Source: Chiloscyllium plagiosum
Lineage: Eukaryota
NCBI RefSeq assembly: GCF_004010195.1
Contig: NC_057718.1
Coordinates: 21,853,066 to 21,917,065 of the forward strand
DNA: 64,000 bases
Direction: 5' to 3'
Part shown: positions 55,163 through 64,000 of the stretch, in pieces
Position numbering within the stretch: position 1 is the stretch's first letter
Layout: each line of letters starts with the position of its first letter
Notes under the pieces: generated by a model
What the model saw: only the letters and a program-made list of their open reading frames with translations
Told to the model about the DNA's origin: nothing
The model's database searches: none
Translations under genes and position numbers: made by a program

Positions 55163-55637
55163 GTAAGGACTTAGTTTCGGCGTGTTTTGTGTACGTGGTT
55201 GTATTTAGCAAGCTAGTCTGTGCTAAGTGAATCTGCCCATGAAGAGGTGATTCACTTGATGGAAGGATTAACAATAAAGTACCAATGGGTTAACCCTATA
55301 AAAGAGGGTGAGTTTACAGCTCCGAAATCTTTCTGCTGGAATCACTTTCCATTTATTGAGAGGACTAGACCTTGTGTAGCACTGGAGATTATGTTCCTGT
55401 ATTCATTTGGTAGTAGAATTAATATTTACACCTACTTAATCTGAGAAATAATTAGAGATGAGAAAGCTAAATTGGCTCTCCAGTTCATCCTCCCATCCTT
55501 CTTATCTCTAATTTCCTGGTAGTTATTTGAAATAATTTTTGCTTCCATGGTACTGAATGGCTGGACCATTTCAGAACAAAAGAGAGGTGGGTGTTTGTGC
55601 AGAACACACTTCTGATCTTTGGCTGAGATCAGGGTTG

Positions 55638-56510
55638 TAGAGATGTACAGTATGGAAACAGATCATTTGGTCTAACTTGTCCATACCGACCAGATATCCA
55701 AAATTAATCTAGTCCCATTTGCCAGCATTTGGCTTATGTCCCTCTAAACCTTTTCTATTTGTATACCCATCCAGATGTCTTTTAAATGTTGTAATTGTTA
55801 TCAGTCTCCACCACTTCCTCTGGCAGCTCATTTCCATACGTGCACCACTGTCTATGTGAACAAAATTGCCCCTTATGTTCCTTTTAAATCTTCCCTCTCT
55901 CACCCTAAACTCATGCCCTCTAGTTTTAGCCTCCCCAACCCCGAGGAGAAAACCTTTTCTATTCACCCTATCTATGCCGCTCATGATTTTATAAACTTCT
56001 ATAAGGTCGCCCTTGTTCAGCCTCTCACTATAGCTCAGATCCTCCGAACCTGGCAACATCCTTGTAAATCTTTTCGGAACCTTTCAAGTTTCACAACATC
56101 CTTCATACAGGAGGGAGACCAGAATTGCATGCAGTATTCCAATAGTGGCCTAACCAATGCCCTATAAGCCTCAACATAACCTACCAACTCCTATATTCAC
56201 TGACCAATAAAGCAAAGCATACCAAATGCTACTTCACTATCTTATCTACCTGCGGCTCCACTTTCAAGGAATGATGAACTTACATTCCAAAGTCACTTTG
56301 TTCAGCAACACTCCCCAGGGCTTTACCATTAAGTATATAAGTCCTGCCCTGAACTGCCTTTCCAAAATGCAGCACCTCACATTTATCTAAATTAAACTCC
56401 ATCTTCCACTCCTCAGCCCGTTAACCCCTCTCACCAAGATCCTATTGTACTCTGAAGTAATCTTTGCCGTCCACTACAGCTCCAAATTTGATGTCTTCTG
56501 CATACTTGCT
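55638..56510 (-). mobile_element. CR1 (HER1-like) 3' fragment in galectin intron 1
   Basis: Similar to 5950-6860; encodes GDLIEVYKIM..IDRVN. Confidence 0.88.
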
Positions 56511-57108
56511 TGTATCTTACACTCAGCATTTCAAAGTATAAGCAATAGTCTTTGGTGTTAATCCCGACCAAAAGTGCCCACTTGCCTAAAGTGATGGTTC
56601 AGATGAAAATTTTGTTGGAAAGCCCATATGTTGAAAAATAATAGATCTCTATATAGGTTTGCCTTCCTAAATCCCAGAACATTTGGGGTTGTGAGAGATG
56701 CCACCAACAGCACAATCTTCAAACTGAAAGGTTATAAGTAGGAAAGGCATACTTCTCCTGCACACATTTCTTTTTTTAAGCTTTTGTACTATTTATTTTT
56801 AAACATGGAAATTATTTTCATGAAGTCATATGTAAAGTTAATAAAGCATGGCACTGCTGCTTAGGCAGCATCCAAGGACAAGACAGTCAACGTTTGGGCC
56901 AGCACCCTTCTTCAGGAATTTTAAAATGTCATCACATTTGAATGTTAAAAAAGGGCATGTGAAGTGTTTTAATAATTTCAAACCTTTGTCTCTGTTTTTG
57001 GATGTGTTTTTTCTTGATTTGTTCTTGAGAGTGGTTTCCTCAGCTGTTTCAAGATTTCTGGAGGCCAGAGCAAATAAGGCTGGCAGACTTTTTCTCCATT
57101 TGTGATGG

Positions 57109-57468
57109 AGTCATAGAATCCCTACAATGTGGACACAGGCCATTTGGTCCAATAAGTCCACACCGACCCTCTGAAGAGTAACCAATCCTGAGCCATTTCC
57201 CCTACCCAATTACTCTACTCTACATTTACCCCTGACTAATGCACCTAAACTACACATCCCTGAATACTATGGGCAATTTAGCATGGCCAACTCACCTAAC
57301 CTGCACATCTTTGGATTGTGGGAGGAAACCGGAGCAGCCGGAGGAAACCCATACAGACGTGAAGAGAATGTGCAAACTCAACACAGACAGTCACCCGAGG
57401 CTGGAATCAAACTTGGGTCCCTGGCACTGTGAAGCAGCAGTGCTAACCACTGAGCCACCGTGTCGCCC
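57109..57468 (-). mobile_element. HE1-like SINE
   Basis: Head gggcgacacggtggctcagtggttagcactgctgc, with the same body as 31915-32225. Confidence 0.85.
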
Positions 57469-59029
57469 TATGGTGAACCATGATTTGTAACAGAGGTTAG
57501 CATGTTGTTCCAAATTTATTAATTGAATTTAAATTCCCCTAAGCTGCCGTGCTTGGATTTGAATGTGTCTCAGGAGCTTCTGGATTACTTGTCCAATAAC
57601 CTTGCCACTATGCTGCTACCATTCCCATGCGCAGTGCCTCCCAAAGTTTCTTTCTTGTGGTTTTGCATATCAGCTACTACGAGCCCAGTCTAGCAGTTAT
57701 GTCCTTTAGAACCTGGCCAGCACAGCAGTGGCATCACTGAGCAACTCTTAGTAATGGACATTGAAGTTCTCCACCAGTTTATACTGTGTACAAAAACAAC
57801 TGCTGTGTGTCCTACATTATAACCATGACCATGCATCATGAGTACTCTGGCTGTGAATTACTTTTCGACATTTGTGTTGAAGGATGCGATATAAATTTGC
57901 ATTCATTGCTCCTTTTGTCAATTGAAATACTTAAAATTTTATTTTGGGAGCATTTTTTCTGAAAGCCAAAATATTCTGAATGGTTTGACTGTGAATCAAC
58001 TTCAGTTCTTAGAATTCACTGTTATGTAATTCATTATAAGCCAGAACTGAATCTATTTTAATTTTTTTGCAGCTGGAGAACTCCCCACATTTTTAGACAC
58101 AAATGTTAACTTTAGAACAGTTTCTGATTGTCCCTGACCATTTTCAGGAACTTGATTTCATATTGCACAGATTTTATACAATTCACCTGTCTCGTAACTG
58201 TTTAGAAGTGTTGGAGACATATTCGTTTTTACCTATTTTTGCGTCAGTTCTATAAATCTCAATTTTAATTCCTTCAGGCAAGGGCTGAGGCAGTGACAAA
58301 TATTGAAACTTCAACATGCTGTACTAATTACATTTCTGTTGCAACATCTAAATGATCCTGGAATGCACCCAGTGTCTGAAGTTCACTCTTCCTGTTGAGT
58401 CAGTCAGTTTTCTGTAAGCAGAAGTATATTTGAACATATTCTGTTCAATCCTGAATCTTTGTTGTTCTCCATGATTTGCTTTCTCTATCTTGTTGAGAAT
58501 CTGTCCTATATCTTTATAAGGTCTCTTGTAAACACTCTCTTTTTCAAAGCTGAAGAATGTACATGGGATGACCCACAATATACAGAAGAAATAAATTTGA
58601 TGTTCCAACTAATGCCAGTTTTTGTGCTTCAGTTGAGCCTCCTAACATTTCTTCTGATTAACTCCACCATAGTAATCATTCATTTCTTTCTCACTCATAT
58701 TTGTCTTCCCATTAAAAGTATCCAAACTACTTGTTTCAACTATTTGCTTCCTATTTATTAAGTGCTTCCTTATGCCCTTATTTATCCATGGCATTGCACT
58801 AATGTTTAGTTTATTCTTTTTTCTTAGCAGATTACATGTTTCGTGCACTTTGTTGAATGCAATTTTAATTGTTTCCTATTGTTCAACTTTGTTACTTGCC
58901 AACTTAGTTCCCATTCTAGCTCTGTCTCAATCACATAGAAACTGAAGAAATTCTGATTCTATACTCAGTTTTCATCATGCTCGTGTAATTCTGTATTGTC
59001 ATTTTATAGTGCATTATGTTATGATCACT

Positions 59030-59125
59030 ATTCCTGATGAAGGGCTTTTGGCCGAAACATCGATTTTCCTGCTCCTCAGATGCTGCCTGATCTGCTGTGC
59101 TTTTCCAGCACCACTCTAATCTCGA
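59030..59125 (+). mobile_element. Solo PLE family A pLTR beginning at the hammerhead
   Basis: attcCTGATGAagggcttttggccGAAACatcgatt..., flanked by tcactatt on both sides. Confidence 0.75.
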
Positions 59126-59690
59126 TTTATAGTCACTATTGCCTACTTATACATCTCTGCTTCATTTCCAATTGTTAGAAATAGCAAGCCTTCATTTGTT
59201 GGGTTTTTTACATACTGGTTTTGAATGGAATTTTTGACTTGTTTAGGAACTCAATTTGCTTAACTTCTTTACCTACTTCCTTTGTCCAATTAATATCCAA
59301 TGAAACACACTGTGATTTGTTTCGATCTCTATGTAAGAACGTGTCTCTTTCCTCTGACATGTGGAATCAACCTCATTATGCTCTTCTGCAATTTGTCTAA
59401 GAACTGGACAACTGCCTTAATTTGTAGTAACTAGAAACTTAATGCAGATATAGACTGAGAAGAATGTACTGCATGCATTGTATTGTGGCTATGGTTTGTT
59501 TATGCTACGATGTCTTGACCTATCTTTAGCATGGAAGCAAACTCAATTCATGCTCAAAATATAATGAAGGAGTTTATTTAAATATATTGTAATGGTATTG
59601 CAAGCTGCACTAAACTAATGCAAGTATTACTGATCCTCAAATGGTCTATTAATTTGCTCTTCTAAGCTTGGCTGTTATTTTTTCTTTCAG

Positions 59691-59779
59691 GTTATGCCAT
59701 ACAGTGGTGCGATCTTTGGTGGTTTGCGACGAGGGCAGATGATAGCAGTGCAAGGAATATTGCCCAAAGAAAGTGAAAG
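59691..59779 (+). CDS. Galectin (galectin-8/galectin-12-like), second coding exon, start of N-terminal carbohydrate-recognition domain (CRD)
   Basis: Acceptor ttttttctttcag|, 89 bp encoding VMPYSGAIFGGLRRGQMIAVQGILPKESE(R), donor AG|gtaaaa. Matches the galectin pattern PY.G.I.GGL..G..I.VQG..P....R and the phase 0/2 exon structure. Confidence 0.85.
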
Positions 59780-59811
59780 GTAAAACATGACGTGGAACCG
59801 ATTTTTTTTTT

Positions 59812-61025
59812 TGAGAATGTTTGTAGCTCAGATTGAGGTTCAGGTTGTCCGTTTGTACGCTGAGCTGGAAGGTTTGTTCTCAGACTTTTCGTCACCATAC
59901 TAGGTAACATCATCAGAGAGCCTCTGTTGAAGCACTGGTGTTCTGTTCCACGTTCTACTCATGTGTCTTGATGTGTTAAGGTGGGTGATATCATTTCCGA
60001 TTCTCTTTCTCAGAGGTTGGTAAATGAGGTCCAAATCGATGTGTTTATTGACGGAGTTCTGGTTTGAATGCCAGACCTCTAGGAATTCCCGTATATATCT
60101 CTGTTTAGCCTGTCCTAGGATCGGTGTGTTGTCTTGGTTGAAGTGGTGTCCTTCTTTGTCTGTGTGTAAGGATGCTAGTGATGGCTAGTTGATGCTCGTG
60201 TATCCTGGTGGCTAGTTTCCTGCCTGTCTGTCCGATGTAGTCTTTATTGCAGTCCTAGCAGGGTATTAGGTAAATGACATTCAATTTGCTGGTTGTTGGT
60301 ACGGGGTCCTTTAGGTTCATCAGTAGCTGTTTCAGTGTGTTGGTAGGTTTGTGGGTTGTCATGATGCTAAGGGTTCGGAGTAGTCTGGTAGTCATCTGCG
60401 AGATGTTTTATTGTATTGTAGTGTGGCTAGAGTCTCTGGGCATGTTGTGTCTTCTTGTTTGCGTTTCTTGTTTAAGAATCAGCGGACTGTGTTTATCGGG
60501 TACCTGTTGTTCTTGAATATGCAGGAACCTATAGGACCCCCTACCAACAACCAGCAAATTGAATGTCATATACAAAATATCCTGCAAAGACTGCAACAAA
60601 CACTACATAGGACAGAAGGCAGGCAACTAGCCACCAGGATACACAAGCACCAACTAACCATCAAAAGACATGACCAGATCTCACTAGTATCCTTACTTAC
60701 AGATGAAGAAGGACATCACTTTGACTTGGACAACACACCCATCCTAGGACAGGCTAAATAGAGACACACATGGGAATTCCTAGAGGCCTGGCATTCTAAC
60801 CGGAACTCCGTCAATAAACACATCGATTTGGACCCCATTTACCAACCTTTGAGAAAGAGAATCGGAAATGATATCATTCACCTTAACAGACCAAGACATG
60901 TAAGTAGAAAGTGGGACAGAACACCAACGCTTCAACAGAGGCTCTGTTATGATGTTACCTGGCATGGTGATGAAATATCTGAAACAAACCTGCCAGCTCA
61001 GCGAGCAAAACGTACAACCTGAACC
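59812..61025. mobile_element. PLE family C, large inverted pair
   Basis: Minus arm 59812-~60520 and plus arm ~60524-61025 are diverged reverse complements. GIY-YIG remnant YIGQ..RQLATRIHKH. Hammerhead CTGATGAtGTTACC-tagtat-GGTGAC GAAA at ~59881-59916 (minus). Confidence 0.88.
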
Positions 61026-61406
61026 ATGTGGAAAATTTACACTGGGAAGAAAATTTTATATGGTGACCAGGGCACTTGTCGAAAATTTCCCTTTGGCAGG
61101 AATTTACAAATTACAAATTTTGAGGTAGCCAGTTACCTTTATTCTTAGAAGAAATGTACATGTATTCTGTAAACCACCCTGGTATTCTGGGATGAGATGT
61201 TTTCTTTGATTTGACAAATAAACGTTGTTGAATTCAAATCATTGAAACTTCATCTTTGTTTGAAATGGTAAATTTACATTCTGAAAGATGTTAGTGAAAT
61301 GTGCCAAATGCTCAAGTGAGCGAGTAAGGAAAAAGTAGGGCAGAGTAGTTATGTGGATCAAGGTAACGGAGAGGGATAGAAAGTACATGGATAAGAGTGC
61401 AGCAGA

Positions 61407-61481
61407 AAATATGATCAGATTAAGGAGAAATAGCTTCAGATTAAGGAGAGAATATGATCAGATTAAGGAGAAAATAGCTTT
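61407..61481 (+). repeat. Short local tandem duplication (tcagattaaggaga x3)
   Basis: Seen directly. Confidence 0.8.
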
Positions 61482-61999
61482 GAGCTAAGTGAGAGGGAGA
61501 GGATTTTTGAATGAAAGGCAATTTGGAAAATCAAAGTTTAAAAACTAAGCCCATGACAGCCTTTTATCTTGAAAGGTGATGGTTTCTGCCATGGTGGTTA
61601 ACTCTGCGTTATGGGGCTTCTGAGCCTCACTCCATCATTGCAATCTCTATCGTTTGATGCAGAGGAAGAAAAGGGTTGAGAGGGTGCAGTATTCATTGAC
61701 TGCTATTTTCTCTGATCCCTCTCCTCAACCAGTTGGGATTTTAACTTATATTCACCTTTTCCAATGTCTTTTCAAATAGTCAGCTCCCCCCACCAACTGT
61801 TTCCCTATTGTCAGTGCCAATATCCACTATCTTCATACTTCATTTTCAAGTGTCCTTGCAGTAGCGGAATGGACACAAGGACATCATGACCCAGTCGTCA
61901 GCTAATTGTACATCATTAGGTGTTCAGCTATCATGCTTTTAATTAACATGGTTGACCCAGTACAGATTTCATAGACTTAACACTGAGTGTATGCTAATC

Positions 62000-62163
62000 A
62001 AAAACTGAAAGAACTGTGAATGCTGTAAATCAGAAACATAAAGCTGAACTGATGAGTTTTTTGGTTCTGAGAAAGGGTCACCGGACCCAAAACGTTAACG
62101 CTGAATTCTCTTCACAGATGCTGCCAGACCTTGTGAGCTTTTCCAGCAATTTGTATTTGTGTT
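62000..62163. mobile_element. PLE family D short inverted insertion with degenerate hammerhead
   Basis: gtt CTGAGAA a GGGTC-accg-GACCC aaaac GTT aac; imperfect TSD tgagtg(t/a)atgct(a/g)at. Confidence 0.65.
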
Positions 62164-63054
62164 ATTGAGTGAATGCTGATGGAGTTAGCATGTTTCAGAC
62201 CTCTGAAAATGACCTTGCCATGCCAGTAGCTGCTAATGGTACATCTGAAACAGCAAAGGTGGAAACTGCTCAGCCTGCCTTCTGTTTTGCTGAAGTTATT
62301 ACTTGCAGTAATTTTTATACCAGACACCAATGATATTTCTGTGTGCTTGGGGAATGTGATGTCATTGACCTGGCTGAGACTTTGGCAGTCTTAATGCAAT
62401 GATTGTATCTTGAACTTGGTATAAAATGTTCCATTCAGTACAGAATAGGAATATGTGTGGATAGTAGAAGATTTTAGCTTAATAAATAGCTTGGTCTTGA
62501 ACTTTTCCCTATTTAAAATTCTTTATTTTTTAAAGTAAAAATTATACCATAGTCAACAATGACAGTGGATGGTGTAGTGTGACAATGTAACTGGAAATTC
62601 CATTTTTATACAAAATGAGGAATGTAAAGTTTTATTGTATAAATATTCTCTGGACGGCATTTACTAAAGAAAATTACTTTTGACATAGCGTTGAGACAAG
62701 CAGACATGATTGTATTTTAAGATGAAATGTAGAATTGTTTTCACATTGTGTGGTTTGCTTTTGGGCATTTCCAAATGTCCCAGACACTTTCCAATTTGTA
62801 ACAGCAAGTTTTCTTGAATAAAATGAATTGTTATTAAATGGGGGAGATTGAGATCAGTTTTGGCTATAGCTAAATGCTGTATATACATGGCCTTGATATG
62901 GTTTATTGTCATTATACATATATTTCGCATGCTTTTCCAAGATATGCCCCATTTTAGTAAACTTTGTAAATGTGGATCAGGTCACCAGTGGGTTCAAGAA
63001 ACCAGATAGCTAAAAATGGTATGATACTAAAATAGGTAGAAAAGCAAAGAAAAT

Positions 63055-64000
63055 TTATAGCCCAAGAACGGGCCCTTCGGCCCTCTAAGCCTGAGCCGAT
63101 CCAAATCCACTGTCTAAACCTATCGCCCAGTTCCTAAGAATCTGTATCCCTCTGCTCCCCACATACTCATGCATCTGTCCATGAATCTACTGTGCCTGCC
63201 TCTGCTACCTCTGCTGGCAAGGGTTTCCAGGCGCGTACCACCCTCTGTGTAATGTACTTTCTGCGTGTATCCCCCTTAAACCTTTCAACTCTCAACTTGA
63301 ATGCGTGACCTCTCGTTATGAATCCCTCCCCTGGGAAAAAGCTTATCTCTATCAACCTTGTCTATACCCTTTATGATTTTGTAGACCTCAAACAGTTCCC
63401 CCATTTTCTCAGGTTCAACACACAACCTTCCTTCCTTCCTTAACATTTACTGGACCAACCCTTTCTCGAGTTACCCTCTTGCTTCTTATATATGAATAAA
63501 AGGCCTTGGGATTCTCCTTAATTCTGCTTACTAAAGTTATTTCCTGACCCCTTTTTGCCCGCTTGATTCCTTCTTTAAGATTGGTCTTACTCTCTCGATA
63601 TTCCTCCAAGGCCCCTTCTGTTTTTAAGCTGTCTGGACCTTATGTACGGTTCCCTTTTTCTCTTGACTAGTCGTACGGTTTCTCCTTTCATCCACAGTTC
63701 ACCAGTTCATCTTGCCATTCCTATCCCTTGTTTTCAAAGGGACATGCCTATCTTGCTGCTACCTTCAACCTATCTTTGAAAGCCTCCCACATATCAAATG
63801 TGGACTTCCCTTCAAATAGCTGCTCCTAATCCACACCTCTCATCTCCTGCTGAATTTTGATGCTGAAGCAGGCAGTGATGAGGAGATAAAGAGGGTACAG
63901 GTGGATATTGATAGGCTTCGAGAATGACCAGAATCTGGGAGATGGAGTTTAGTGTGGATAAATGTGAGGTTGTCCAGTTTGGCTGGAAAGACAAAAACGC
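63055..64000. mobile_element. CR1 fragments (minus ~63055-63860, plus ~63880-64000)
   Basis: TRGHAFKL, GIKRAKRGQE...IKENPKAFYSYIRSKR, and a W.MEF.VDKCEV remnant. Confidence 0.82.

Noticed and set aside
61407..61481. Repeat-spacer pattern as a CRISPR-like array
   Set aside because: Only three units with duplicated spacers, in a vertebrate intron; simple slippage duplication.
59780..64000. Third galectin exon (F.VD...HFNPRF...WG.E)
   Set aside because: Not found by eye; presumably beyond the window end.

Overview
Eukaryotic genomic DNA, most likely from a shark or other elasmobranch (inferred from HE1-like tRNA-derived SINEs, CR1/HER1-like LINEs and a Deu-domain SINE). Two host genes are arranged head to head. 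On the minus strand is a sarcomeric alpha-actinin: coding exon 1 at 47728-47910 and a 115-bp exon 2 at 556-670, separated by a ~47-kb intron (ACTN3 slightly favoured over ACTN2). On the plus strand is a galectin missed by the ORF track: exons 55136-55162 and 59691-59779, galectin-8/-12-like. The rest is mostly retroelement debris: CR1 LINE fragments, SINEs, a probable solo LTR, and at least four families of Penelope-like elements (PLEs). The PLEs carry minimal hammerhead ribozyme motifs and repeatedly form inverted, tailed insertions with 12-16 bp target-site duplications (TSDs). There are two assembly gaps. I see no CRISPR array, rRNA or genuine tRNA. Family names and homolog comparisons are from memory, not database searches, and repeat boundaries are approximate.
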